Below the pieces are notes generated by a model. The model was not told the origin of the DNA. It saw only the letters and a program-made list of their open reading frames with translations, and did not search any database. Below are positions 27,405 to 37,085 of a stretch of DNA of 64,000 nucleotides, in pieces. The stretch comes from an uncultured Gaiellaceae bacterium (GTDB lineage Bacteria; Actinomycetota; Thermoleophilia; Gaiellales; Gaiellaceae), in the NCBI GenBank assembly GCA_963820225.1, contig CAWFYY010000005.1, positions 125,620 through 189,619 of the forward strand, in the 5' to 3' direction. A program made the position numbers and the translations under genes. Numbering within the stretch: the first letter of the stretch is position 1; each line of letters opens with the position of its first letter.

Positions 27405-29621
27405 ATGGGGCGCCGAAGGAGGCGCCCCATGGCAGCGCGGAAGAAAAAGCGGCCTCTCCGGCCGCGCACGCCCTCGCGCGTCAAGAAGCGGAAGCGGAAG
27501 GCGCGCGCCCGAGCTCCGCACGAGCATCCTGAGCTGATCGGCCTCGGGCTCGCCGCGCTTGGTCTTTTCCTCGCTTCACTGCTCTATCTGGGCTTCGCGG
27601 GCGGGATCGCCGGCGAGAAGGTCGAGCAGGGGCTCCGCGACCTCCTGGGCAGTGCCGCGTACGCGGCTCCGGCGGCGCTCGTCGCCGTCGGAGGGCTGAT
27701 GCTCTTCCGCAGCTCGCTCGTCAGCTTCACGCCGTTCCGCGTCGGGCTTGCGGTCGCGTTTCTGGGGCTGATGACGACTCTCGGCTCCGGCCACGGCGGC
27801 TTCGTGGGCAACGTGCTGGGTGGCTGGATCGAAACGCTCCTGGGCAGCACCGGTGCTCTGCTCGTCGGCCTCACCGCTCTTCTCGCCGGCGGCCTACTGC
27901 TTTCGGGCGCCTCGTACGGTGCGCTGCTGCGTCGATCCGGTCACGCGATGCGCCGCGCGCACGGCGCCGCCCGCCGCTCGCTCGAGCGCCCGGACCGTCT
28001 GGAGGTCGACGAGGAGGAGCACCATCGTCTCCTCGCGCCCGCACACGAGCCACCCGTCGACGTGGTGCACGACTACCCGGACGTCATCTCCGAGGGTCTG
28101 TCCGAGCCGTCGCCGCTCCTGCTCGACCCCGAGGGGGAGACGGACGAGCAGACGGCGCTCTTCGATGCGCCGCGTCCCGAGGGCGCGTACGTGCTGCCCG
28201 ACCGGGCGGTGCTGAAGACATCGCCCGCCGCGGCGAAGGGTGTCAGCGGCGCCGACCAGCGCACGGCGGACACGCTCGTCCAGGCGCTCGCGCACTTCGG
28301 GGTCGAGGCGACGATCGTCGGGCAGATCGCCGGCCCGCGGGTCACGCGCTACGAGCTCCAGCTCGCTCCCGGCACGAAGGTGTCGAAGGTCGCAGCGCTG
28401 AAGGACGATCTCTCCTACGCGCTCGCGACGACCGAGATCAGGATTCTGGCGCCGATCCCGGGGAAGCAGGCCGTGGGGGTCGAGGTTCCGAACCTGAGCC
28501 CGAAGATCGTCACGCTCGGCGACATCTACGACGACCTGCCGTCGACTGCGAGCCCGCTCGCCGTCTGGCTCGGCAAGGACATCTCGGGCAACGCCGTCTG
28601 GGCCGACCTCGCCCGGATGCCGCACATCCTGATCGCGGGCACCACGGGCTCCGGCAAGTCCGGTTGCATCAACACGATCCTGACCTCGGTGCTGCTGCGC
28701 TCCACGCCCGACGAGGTGCGGATGATCCTGATCGACCCGAAGCGGATCGAGCTCAACTACTACGAGTCGATCCCGCACCTGCTGACGCCCGTCGTCTCCA
28801 GCCCGAAGGAGGCGAGCGCCGTCCTCACCAACGTCGTCGCCGAGATGGAGCGCCGCTACGAGCGCCTCTCCATCGTCCGCGCCCGAAACCTGCCCGAGGC
28901 GAACCGCGCCTTCCGCGCCCGCGGCGAGGAGACGCTGCCCTATCTGCTGGTCGTGATCGACGAGCTCGCCGACCTGATGATGATCAGCCCGCAGGCGGTC
29001 GAGGACGCCGTCATCCGCCTCGCGCAGAAGTCGCGGGCCGTCGGGATCCACCTCGTGCTCGCGACCCAGCGCCCGTCGGTCGACGTGATCACCGGCATGA
29101 TCAAGGCCAACGTGCCGAGCCGGATCGCGTTCGCCGTCTCGAGTCAGACGGACTCGCGGGTGATCCTCGACACCGCCGGCGCCGAGAGCCTGCTCGGCCA
29201 GGGCGACATGCTGTTCAAGCCGCTCGGCACCTCGCGCCTGCAGCGTGTTCAGGGCGCCTACGTCTCAGAGGACGAGGTGAACCTCGTCGTCGAGCAGTGC
29301 CGCCACCAGCGCGACCAGGAGCTCGACGAGACGCTGCTCGAGCTACCCGAGGGGGCACTCGATGACGACGGCGACCACGACGGGGAGTTCGATCCGGACG
29401 AGGATCAGCTGCTCGAGAAGGCGATCGAGATCGTCGTCCAGACCCAGACCGCGTCCGTGTCGCTGCTGCAGCGGCGCCTGCGGGTCGGCTACACGCGGGC
29501 GGGACGGCTGATCGACATGCTCGAGCGGCGCGGGATCATCTCCGGCTACGAGGGATCGAAGCCGCGGCGGGTGCTCGTGGACGAAGCCGAGCTCGAGCGG
29601 TTCTTGATCAGTAGTTCGTAA
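27405..29621 (+). CDS. ftsK: DNA translocase FtsK/SpoIIIE
   Basis: A basic N-terminus is followed by about 4 TM segments and a linker. The motor has Walker A GTTGSGKSGCIN and VVIDELADLMM. The gamma winged helix reads SVSLLQRRLRVGYTRAGRLIDMLE. The track ORF start at 26334 is an artefact of an open frame. Confidence 0.93.
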   Translation: MGRRRRRPMAARKKKRPLRPRTPSRVKKRKRKARARAPHEHPELIGLGLAALGLFLASLLYLGFAGGIAGEKVEQGLRDLLGSAAYAAPAALVAVGGLMLFRSSLVSFTPFRVGLAVAFLGLMTTLGSGHGGFVGNVLGGWIETLLGSTGALLVGLTALLAGGLLLSGASYGALLRRSGHAMRRAHGAARRSLERPDRLEVDEEEHHRLLAPAHEPPVDVVHDYPDVISEGLSEPSPLLLDPEGETDEQTALFDAPRPEGAYVLPDRAVLKTSPAAAKGVSGADQRTADTLVQALAHFGVEATIVGQIAGPRVTRYELQLAPGTKVSKVAALKDDLSYALATTEIRILAPIPGKQAVGVEVPNLSPKIVTLGDIYDDLPSTASPLAVWLGKDISGNAVWADLARMPHILIAGTTGSGKSGCINTILTSVLLRSTPDEVRMILIDPKRIELNYYESIPHLLTPVVSSPKEASAVLTNVVAEMERRYERLSIVRARNLPEANRAFRARGEETLPYLLVVIDELADLMMISPQAVEDAVIRLAQKSRAVGIHLVLATQRPSVDVITGMIKANVPSRIAFAVSSQTDSRVILDTAGAESLLGQGDMLFKPLGTSRLQRVQGAYVSEDEVNLVVEQCRHQRDQELDETLLELPEGALDDDGDHDGEFDPDEDQLLEKAIEIVVQTQTASVSLLQRRLRVGYTRAGRLIDMLERRGIISGYEGSKPRRVLVDEAELERFLISSS

Positions 29622-29699
29622 AGACTTCCCTTTTCTCCCAACTTAGGGTTGAATCAAGCGTCCAAGCTTGGCGGTGGATGTGACTTCTAAGGAGGGTAT

Positions 29700-30761
29700 G
29701 TGAGAGTACGTACGTTTATGCCGCTCGTCGCGGCGGCACTCATTGCGGTCCTGACGCTGGCGCTCGGCGCCGGCACGGTCTCCGCGAAGACAGATGTAAA
29801 GGCGGCGCCCGCGCCGTACAAGGTGGCGCTGGTGACGGACATCGGCGGTCTCGACGACCGCTCGTTCAACTTCCTCGCCAACAAGGGCCTCACGCAGGCG
29901 AAGCAGCAGCTGAAGGTCCAGGGTCGCGTGTTCATCTCGAAGTCGAACGCTGACTACGTGCCGAACCTCTCGGCCGCGGCTCGCGGCGGCTACGACCTGA
30001 TCATCTCGGTCGGGTTCCTGATGGGTGACGCGACGGCCGCAGTGGCCAAGCGCTTCCCGAACACGAAGTTCGCGATCATCGACAACTCCGGCGTCGCGGC
30101 GGAGCTGAAGGGCAAGCCGAAGAACGTCCGCGGCCTGCTGTTCAAGGAGCAGGAGGCGGGCTATCTCGTCGGCTACCTCGCAGGGCTCCAGTCGAAGAAC
30201 GTCCCGAACAGCTCGGGCGTGATCGCGGCGGTCGGCGGCCTGAAGATCCCCCCGGTCGACCGGTTCATCGGCGGCTACTACCAGGGCGCGAAGGCTGCGT
30301 ACCCGGCCGTGAAGGTCGAGCACAGCTACTCCCAGGACTTCGTCGACCAGGCGAAGTGCAAGGAGCAGGCGCTCAACCACATCGCGAACGGGGCGACGGT
30401 CGTCTTCCAGGTCGCTGGTCAGTGCGGCCTCGGCGTGCTGAGCGCCGCGAAGGAGAAGGGCGTCTTCGGCATCGGCGTCGACGCCGACCAGGGCTACCTC
30501 GGCAAGCACGTCCTGACGAGCGCCACGAAGAAGGTCGACGTGGCTGTGTTCAAGACGGTGGAGGCTGCCAAGGCGCAGGGTGACGCGTTCAAGACGAACT
30601 TCAACGCGATCTTCACCGTCAAGAACGGCGGAGTCGGCTACGGCAGGCTCTCCACGGCGGTTCAGCCGTCGTGGCGGAAGGCTCTCGTCGGAGTCCGGGC
30701 GCAGATCGCTGTCGGCAAGATCAAGGTCACACAGCAGTCTCCGCCCCCGATCCAGGGCTAA
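29700..30761 (+). CDS. BMP family (PnrA/Med-like) ABC substrate-binding protein, signal-peptide form
   Basis: RBS aaggaggg lies upstream. Motifs are VALVTDIGGLDDRSFNFLANKG and ...GVDADQGYLG.... Confidence 0.9.
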   Translation: MRVRTFMPLVAAALIAVLTLALGAGTVSAKTDVKAAPAPYKVALVTDIGGLDDRSFNFLANKGLTQAKQQLKVQGRVFISKSNADYVPNLSAAARGGYDLIISVGFLMGDATAAVAKRFPNTKFAIIDNSGVAAELKGKPKNVRGLLFKEQEAGYLVGYLAGLQSKNVPNSSGVIAAVGGLKIPPVDRFIGGYYQGAKAAYPAVKVEHSYSQDFVDQAKCKEQALNHIANGATVVFQVAGQCGLGVLSAAKEKGVFGIGVDADQGYLGKHVLTSATKKVDVAVFKTVEAAKAQGDAFKTNFNAIFTVKNGGVGYGRLSTAVQPSWRKALVGVRAQIAVGKIKVTQQSPPPIQG

Positions 30762-30787
30762 GAACAGCGGAAAGACAGCGCTTCCAA

Positions 30788-30821
30788 CGGAAGGGGCGGG
30801 GTTTCATACCCGCCCCTTCCG
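30788..30821 (+). terminator. strong stem-loop between the two BMP genes
   Basis: A 13-bp perfect stem pairs cggaaggggcggg with cccgccccttccg around an 8-nt loop (gtttcata). Confidence 0.65.
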
Positions 30822-30835
30822 GTATCACTCCCTGT

Positions 30836-31906
30836 GTGAGGCGCATCTTTCTCGGTCCGTCGCTGCTCGTCGTGCTGTGCGCGGCGCTCCTCGCCTCCGG
30901 CTGCGGTGGCGGCGACGACTCGGCCTCGGGGACGACGGCAGCCGAGACGGGCGGCGCGACAACCGAATCCACGGGCGGCCCGGCGATCAAGGTCGGGCTC
31001 GTCACGGACATCGGCGGCCTGGACGACCGGTCGTTCAACTTCCTCGCGAATCTGGGGCTCGAGCGGGCGGAACGGGAGCTCGGCGTGCAGGGACGCGTCG
31101 TCGTCTCGCGTAGCAATGCCGACTACGTCCCGAACCTCACGACCCTTGCAAAGGCGAAGTACGACCTCGTGATCGCGGTCGGCTTCCTGATGGCGGACGC
31201 GTTGGACATCGTCGCTCAGCGGTTCCCCGACACCAACTTCGCGATCATCGACTTCGATCAGGCGTCGATGAAGTCGAAGCCGAAGAACGTCCGCGGCCTG
31301 CTCTTCAAGGAGCAGGAGGCGGGCTATCTCGTCGGCTACCTCGCGGGGCTCGTCACGAAGGATGAGGGAGGCTCGCAGCAGGTGGTCAGCTCCGTCGGCG
31401 GTCAGAAGATCCCGCCCGTCGACCGCTACATCGCGGGCTACCAGGCAGGGGCGAAGAAGGCCAGCCCGGGGATCACGACGCTGAACGCCTACTCGCAGGA
31501 CTTCGTCGACCAGGCGAAGTGCAAGGAGCTCGCGCTCGACCAGATCGCGCGCGGCTCGCACGTCGTTTTCCAGGTCGCCGGCCAGTGCGGGCTCGGAGCA
31601 CTCTCCGCCGCCCAGGAGAAGAACGTCCGCGGGATCGGCGTCGACGCCGACCAGGCGTACCTCGGCGAGCACGTCCTCACGAGCGCCCTCAAGAAGGTCG
31701 ACGTCGCGGTCTTCCAGACGGTCCAGGCCGTACAGGACGGCGCGTTCACGGGCGGTACGAACACCGTGTTCGACATCGCCTCCGGCGGTGTCGGCATGGG
31801 CAAGATCACCCCTGACGTCTCGGCCGACGTCGTCGCGCAGGTGAACCGCATCCAGGATCAGATCGCCTCAGGGGCGATCAAGAACATCCCGGAAACCGTC
31901 GGTTAG
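30836..31906 (+). CDS. BMP family ABC substrate-binding lipoprotein (paralogue of 29700-30761)
   Basis: GTG start and a lipobox (LLASGCGGG). Carries the same DIGGLDDRSFNFLAN and GVDADQAYLG motifs as its paralogue. Confidence 0.9.
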   Translation: MRRIFLGPSLLVVLCAALLASGCGGGDDSASGTTAAETGGATTESTGGPAIKVGLVTDIGGLDDRSFNFLANLGLERAERELGVQGRVVVSRSNADYVPNLTTLAKAKYDLVIAVGFLMADALDIVAQRFPDTNFAIIDFDQASMKSKPKNVRGLLFKEQEAGYLVGYLAGLVTKDEGGSQQVVSSVGGQKIPPVDRYIAGYQAGAKKASPGITTLNAYSQDFVDQAKCKELALDQIARGSHVVFQVAGQCGLGALSAAQEKNVRGIGVDADQAYLGEHVLTSALKKVDVAVFQTVQAVQDGAFTGGTNTVFDIASGGVGMGKITPDVSADVVAQVNRIQDQIASGAIKNIPETVG

Positions 31907-31953
31907 CGGTACGTGTTGGGGGCGACCGCCCCGGAGCAGTAGGATCGCCGGGA

Positions 31954-33483
31954 ATGGCGGACGAGCGGCCGGTTCTCGAGCTTCGCGGGATCACGAAGCG
32001 CTTCCCAGGCATTGTCGCGAACGACAACGTCGATTTCGACCTGCGCAAAGGCGAGGTCCACGCGCTGCTCGGCGAGAACGGAGCGGGCAAGTCGACCCTG
32101 ATGAACGTCCTCTACGGCCTCTACCGGCCGGACGAGGGCGAGATCCTGATCGACGGCAAACCGGCCGAGCTGGGGTCGCCGAAGGCGGCGATCGAAGGCG
32201 GCGTCGGCATGGTGCACCAGCACTTCATGCTCATCCCGGTGATGACGGTGGCCGAGAACATCGTGCTCGCGACGGAGCCGGTGCACAACGGCATCCTGCT
32301 CGACTACGACGTGGCCGCGAAGCGTGTTCAGGACATCTCCACGCGCTTCGGGCTCGCCGTCGACCCGCGCGCGATCGTGCAGGACATCACCGTCGGCCAG
32401 CAGCAGCGCGTCGAGATCCTGAAGGCGCTCTACCGTGGCGCGGACATCCTCGTGCTCGACGAGCCGACGGCGGTGCTCACGCCGCAGGAGGCGCAGGAGC
32501 TCTTCGCGATCGTGAGGAGCCTGACCGAGCAGGGTAAGTCGATCATCTTCATCAGCCACAAGCTGAACGAGGTGACCGAGATCGCGGACCGGATCACGGT
32601 GCTGCGGCGCGGCAAGAAGATCGAGACACTGCCCGCAGCCGGGGCGACCGAGGAGGGGCTGGCGCGCCTGATGGTCGGGCGCGAGGTGCTGCTCCGCGTC
32701 GAGAAGCCTCCGGCCGACGCCGGTGAGCCTCTGCTCCGCGTCGAAGGGCTCACGGTTGAGGACGACCGCGCGTTCGACAAGATCCGCGACCTGTCCTTCG
32801 AGGTGCGCGCCAGCGAGATCGTCGGCCTGGCCGGCGTCGACGGGAACGGCCAGACGGAGCTGATCGATGCGATCGCCGGCCTCCGCAAGGTGAAGTCAGG
32901 GCGGATCCTGATCGGAAGCGAGGACGTCACCGACGAGGGCTGCCGCGACTGTCTCGATGCGGGGCTCGGCCACATCCCCGAGGACCGGCAGCGGCGCGGC
33001 CTCGTGCTCGACTTCTCGCTCGCGGAGAACATCGCGCTCCACGACTACGACCATCAGCCGGCCTCACGCCTCGGCTGGCTCTTTCCGAAGCGTCTCGCGG
33101 AGAAGGCGCGCGTCCTATTGGAGGAGTTCGACGTGCGTGGCGGCGGCCCGCAGACGCTCGCCGGTGGCCTCTCAGGCGGCAACCAGCAGAAGGTCGTGCT
33201 CGCGCGCGAGATCGATCGCAACCCGAAGGTGCTGATCGCGGCCCAGCCGACTCGAGGCCTCGACGTCGGCGCGATCGAGTTCGTCCACCGCCGCCTCGTC
33301 GAGGAGCGCGACGAGGGTCGTGCCGTGCTGCTCGTCTCGCTCGAGCTGGAGGAGATCCTCTCGCTCTCCGACCGGATTCTCGTGCTCTACGAGGGCGAGA
33401 TCGTGGGCGAGTTCGCTCCGGGCGTGACCGAGGACGAGCTCGGCATCGCCATGACCGGCGCGGGCCGGAAGGCGGTCGCGTGA
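31954..33483 (+). CDS. ABC transporter ATP-binding protein with duplicated ATPase domains (sugar/nucleoside type)
   Basis: Walker A motifs GENGAGKST and GVDGNGQTEL and signature LSGGNQQKV; length is 509 aa. Confidence 0.93.
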   Translation: MADERPVLELRGITKRFPGIVANDNVDFDLRKGEVHALLGENGAGKSTLMNVLYGLYRPDEGEILIDGKPAELGSPKAAIEGGVGMVHQHFMLIPVMTVAENIVLATEPVHNGILLDYDVAAKRVQDISTRFGLAVDPRAIVQDITVGQQQRVEILKALYRGADILVLDEPTAVLTPQEAQELFAIVRSLTEQGKSIIFISHKLNEVTEIADRITVLRRGKKIETLPAAGATEEGLARLMVGREVLLRVEKPPADAGEPLLRVEGLTVEDDRAFDKIRDLSFEVRASEIVGLAGVDGNGQTELIDAIAGLRKVKSGRILIGSEDVTDEGCRDCLDAGLGHIPEDRQRRGLVLDFSLAENIALHDYDHQPASRLGWLFPKRLAEKARVLLEEFDVRGGGPQTLAGGLSGGNQQKVVLAREIDRNPKVLIAAQPTRGLDVGAIEFVHRRLVEERDEGRAVLLVSLELEEILSLSDRILVLYEGEIVGEFAPGVTEDELGIAMTGAGRKAVA

Positions 33484-34777
33484 GCGGGCCTGACCCGGCT
33501 CCGGCAGGGCCGCCGCCGGACCTCCCCGCCGGAGCCGCCCCAGAGCGGCGACTCGCAGAGCTTCGCTACGCGGCTCGGGATCGCGCAGAAGGCCGGCGGG
33601 CTCGTCGTGCCGCTGCTGACGACCATCCTCGCGTTCCTCATCGGGGGCCTCGTCGTCCTGGCCACGACCGGGAAGAACCCCGTGAACACGTACAAGGCGA
33701 TCTTCGAGGGCGCGGGCTTCAACTGGTTCTTCCAGGTCGGGTCGTACGAGCTGCGGATTCCTTTCACCGACGCCCACATCTGGTTCCCGTGGAACGTGAA
33801 CGACTTCGAGTCGCTGGCGGCCGTCAACCTGCAACAGACGCTCATCGTCTGGGTCGGGCTGGTCTTCACGGGGCTCGCCGTCGCGTTCGCCTTCCGCTGC
33901 GGGATGTTCAACATCGGCGGGCAGGGCCAGTACCTCGCCGGAGCGATCACGGCGGTGTGGATCGGTTCGTCGCTGCCCGGGCTTCCCGGCTTCCTGCACA
34001 TCGTCGCCGCGATCGTCGCCGGTGCGCTCGCCGGAGCCGCCTGGGCGGGGATCGCCGGCCTGCTGAAGGCGCTCGTCGGCGCGCACGAGGTGATCACGAC
34101 GATCATGCTCAACTGGATCGCGATCTGGGTCGGCGTCTTCCTGTTCGGGCTGGGCGGGCCGCTGCAGAACGACACGCAGGAGTTCGTGCCCGTGTCGAAC
34201 GACGTGCTCGACGAGGCGAAGCTGAAGGTCTTCTGGGGCGATCCGCTCCTGCAGGGGCTCCACGTCGGCTTCTTCCTCGCGCTCTCCGCACTCATCGTCT
34301 ACTGGATCGTGCTCAACCGCACGACGCTCGGCTACGAGGTCCGCGCGGTCGGGTACAACCCCGAGGCCGCTCGCTACGGCGGTATCTCGGTCGCGCGCAA
34401 CTACTTCCTGGCGATGGCGATCTCCGGCACGTTCGCGGGGCTCGGCGGGGCGATCGACATCGTCGGCTGGCAGTTCAGGATCAACACCAACGACGTCCTT
34501 CTCGCCACGACGGGGTTCACCGGAATCGCGGTCGCGCTCCTGGGGCGAAACACGGCGGTCGGCGTCGGCCTGTCTGCGCTCCTCTTCGCCGGGCTCACCG
34601 TCGGCACGTCGACTCGTAACCTCGATCCCGAGATCTTCCGTCCCGACCTTGCGTCGAATCTGACTCTCCTGATCCAGGGTCTGGTCGTCCTGTTCGTCGG
34701 CGCCGACGTGCTGATCCTCTCGGTGCTCGGTCTGCGCAAGCGGCGCCGCCGGAGAGTCGGCCGAGGTCGTGGAGTGA
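33480..34777 (+). CDS. ABC transporter permease 1 (BMP-type system), frame disrupted as sequenced
   Basis: GTG 33480 overlaps the ATPase stop as GTGA. The hydrophobic permease frame (SFATRLGIAQKAGGLVVPLLTTILAFLIGG...) is one frame off from about 33540, at a CCCC run. An out-of-frame TGA at 34775-34777 forms a GTGA overlap with the next start. Confidence 0.75.
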
Positions 34778-35967
34778 TCAAACGGCTCCTCGAACGGCTG
34801 CCGCGGGGCGGCCGCGCTCTCGCGTGGCTCGGGATCCTCGTCGGCATCGCCGCCTTCTGGATCGCGCTGCCGCCGCTCTCGATCCGGAACCCGGTCGTCC
34901 CGGTCGTGATCGGCGTACTCGCGATCGGGCTCGGGATCGGCTCACTCAGCCGAGGCGTGCGGCGGCTCGGCTGGGGCGCGGTGGTGATCGGCGTGCTCGG
35001 GATCGCGCTCGGCTACCTCGCGACGCGGTCGAGCGTCGGCCACCTCGACCAGGTGGTCGTCTGGTCGGCGCTCACGGCAGCCATGCTCCGGTACGCGACG
35101 CCGCTCGCGTTCGCCGCGATGGGAGGCCTCTTCTCGGAGCGGAGCGGCGTCGTGAACATCGGCCTCGAGGGGATGATGCTCGCGGGTGCCTTCTTCGGCA
35201 TCCTCGGCGCCGACAAGCTGAACTCGTGGGTGCTCGGGCTCCTGTGCGCGGCGCTGGCGGGAGCAGCGTTCGCGCTCGTCCACGCGTTCTTCGCCATCCA
35301 CCTGCGCGCGGACCAGATCGTGGGTGGGTTCGCGATCAACTTCCTCGCGCTCGGGATCACCGGCTATCTCTTCATCGACATCTACGGCGGCGAGGGAACG
35401 CCGCCGGACATCTCCGAGATCCCGGATGTCCACCTCAGCTTCATGGACGGCTGGTACTTCATCGGGCCGGTGCTCGGTCAGCTGAACCTGATGATCTGGC
35501 TTGCGGCGCTGACGGTCGTGGCGACCTGGCTCGTGATGTTCAAGACGCCGATCGGCCTGCGGATCCGGGCCGTCGGCGAGCACCCGCGCGCCGCCGACAC
35601 GGTCGGGATCTCCGTCTACAAGATCCGCTACGCGGCAGTCGTGCTCTCCGGCATCCTCGCCGCGCTCGGCGGCGCCTACCTCTCGATCGGATTCGTGAAC
35701 TCCTTCAACCAGAACATGACCGCCGGACGCGGATACATCGCGCTCGCGGCGGTCATCTTCGGCAACTGGCGCCCCTGGGGAGCCGCGGCGGCGGCGCTGC
35801 TCTTCGGCTTCTCGAGCGCCCTCGCGCAGCGGCTGCCGGCCTACTCGGACTCGGCCGCCGTTCTCTTCCAGGCGCTCCCGTACGTGCTCACCCTGATCGC
35901 GGTCGCCGGAGTGATCGGCCGCTCGATTCCGCCTGCTGCAGTTGGCCGTCCCTACAAGAAGCAGTAA
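34774..35967 (+). CDS. ABC transporter permease 2 (BMP-type system)
   Basis: GTG 34774 starts VIKRLLERLPRGG..., followed by multi-TM sequence including RSGVVNIGLEGMMLAGAF. In the track it appears fused to permease 1 as a single 786-aa ORF. Confidence 0.85.
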   Translation: MIKRLLERLPRGGRALAWLGILVGIAAFWIALPPLSIRNPVVPVVIGVLAIGLGIGSLSRGVRRLGWGAVVIGVLGIALGYLATRSSVGHLDQVVVWSALTAAMLRYATPLAFAAMGGLFSERSGVVNIGLEGMMLAGAFFGILGADKLNSWVLGLLCAALAGAAFALVHAFFAIHLRADQIVGGFAINFLALGITGYLFIDIYGGEGTPPDISEIPDVHLSFMDGWYFIGPVLGQLNLMIWLAALTVVATWLVMFKTPIGLRIRAVGEHPRAADTVGISVYKIRYAAVVLSGILAALGGAYLSIGFVNSFNQNMTAGRGYIALAAVIFGNWRPWGAAAAALLFGFSSALAQRLPAYSDSAAVLFQALPYVLTLIAVAGVIGRSIPPAAVGRPYKKQ

Positions 35968-36304
35968 CGGCGGACCGCCGCGCCCTGGTAGCGCGCGCCT
36001 GTCCGTCCTCGTCGGCCTGCTCTCGATCGCAGTGCTCCCCGGCGCGATCGCGGCCACGCGCTGGTCGGAGGGGTACGAGCTCCTGGACGCTGCGATCGCG
36101 ATCCCCTTGGCGGCGTGCCTGGGCCTCCTGGCGTGGGCGCTCGCGCGCCGCGCGCGTTCGCGGCTCGCACCGACGCTCGGCCATCCCAAAGGGAGCCGGA
36201 CCGCACGCGTCGGCCGGTTTCTCGGCCTGCTCGGATTCGTGCTCGCGCTGATGGCGGCCGGTTCCGTCGGGGTGTACGCCCTGCTCTCCCTCGTCGCGGA
36301 CTAG
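35942..36304 (+). CDS. possible membrane protein (3 hydrophobic segments), start uncertain
   Basis: Only a TTG start is available. The translation LSVLVGLLSIAVLPGAIAA...IAIPLAACLGLLAWALA...FLGLLGFVLALMAAG is hydrophobic. Confidence 0.35.
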   Translation: MAVPTRSSNGGPPRPGSARLSVLVGLLSIAVLPGAIAATRWSEGYELLDAAIAIPLAACLGLLAWALARRARSRLAPTLGHPKGSRTARVGRFLGLLGFVLALMAAGSVGVYALLSLVAD

Positions 36305-36343
36305 GCGCGGGCCGACTAGTCGCTGGCGGACACGGCCGCTACC

Positions 36344-37072
36344 ATGCGGCGAATGTTCGAGATCGGCAACAGCCTCCGTGAGGCCCGCCTTCGCCGCCAC
36401 ATCGAGTTCGCGGACGCCGAGCACGGCACCAAGATCCGCGGCAAGTACCTCCGGGCCCTCGAGGACGAGCGGTTCGAGCTGCTGCCCTCGCACACCTACA
36501 TCAAGGGTTTCCTTCGCTCCTACGCGGAGTACCTCGGGCTCGACGGACAGCTCTATGTCGACGAGTACAACTCGCGCTTCGTCGTCGGCGAGGAGGACGG
36601 CCCCGCGCCGCCTCGACGTGTGCCCGCTGCGCGAGCGAGACGGGCAGACCGGCGAGAGTCGAACTTCGTGCTGTTCGGGCTGATCGCAATCGGGGTCCTT
36701 GCCGCACTCGTGATTGCCGCGTGGCGCTTCGGCAACGCGCCCAACGAGGACATCCACGGCTTGAATACGACGCCCAAGACACCGAAAGTGCAGCAGGTCT
36801 CGGGGTCGGCGAGGCTCGAGCTGCGAGCGACGCGAGGCGATTCGTACATGATGGTGCGCTCGAAGAGCGCGATCGGGAACGTCCTCTACCAGGGCACACT
36901 CGAGAAGGGGCAGCGCCAGCGGTTCGACGGCAAGGTGCTCTGGCTGCAGCTCGAGACGCCTCGGAATGTGCTCGTGAAGCTGAACGGCAACCGCGTGAAG
37001 CTCGCCCCTGCGGTCAAGGCGCAGGGGGTCTTCGTGACTGCGAAGAAGATCTTCGCCGCCGACGCGAATTGA
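36344..37072 (+). CDS. RodZ-like protein: N-terminal HTH, single TM segment, C-terminal DUF4115-like domain
   Basis: The N-terminus reads IGNSLREARLRRHIEFADAEHGTKIRGKYLRALEDERFELLPSHTYIKGFLRSYAEYLGLD. A TM segment (FVLFGLIAIGVLAALVIAA) and a beta-rich C-terminus follow. Confidence 0.75.
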   Translation: MRRMFEIGNSLREARLRRHIEFADAEHGTKIRGKYLRALEDERFELLPSHTYIKGFLRSYAEYLGLDGQLYVDEYNSRFVVGEEDGPAPPRRVPAARARRADRRESNFVLFGLIAIGVLAALVIAAWRFGNAPNEDIHGLNTTPKTPKVQQVSGSARLELRATRGDSYMMVRSKSAIGNVLYQGTLEKGQRQRFDGKVLWLQLETPRNVLVKLNGNRVKLAPAVKAQGVFVTAKKIFAADAN

Positions 37073-37085
37073 GTCAGGCGCGGGC

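Noticed and set aside
26334-29621. A 1095-aa ORF suggesting a giant FtsK with a long N-terminal extension.
   Set aside because: The first roughly 360 codons are a composite. They cover the tail of the upstream beta-sandwich region, then sequence antisense to the TetR gene. FtsK homology and a plausible RBS begin at ATG 27405.
29662-29671. A 10-bp perfect palindrome, CCAAGCTTGG, upstream of the first BMP gene as an operator.
   Set aside because: It is too short to distinguish from chance, there is a single copy, and no partner site or adjacent regulator exists.
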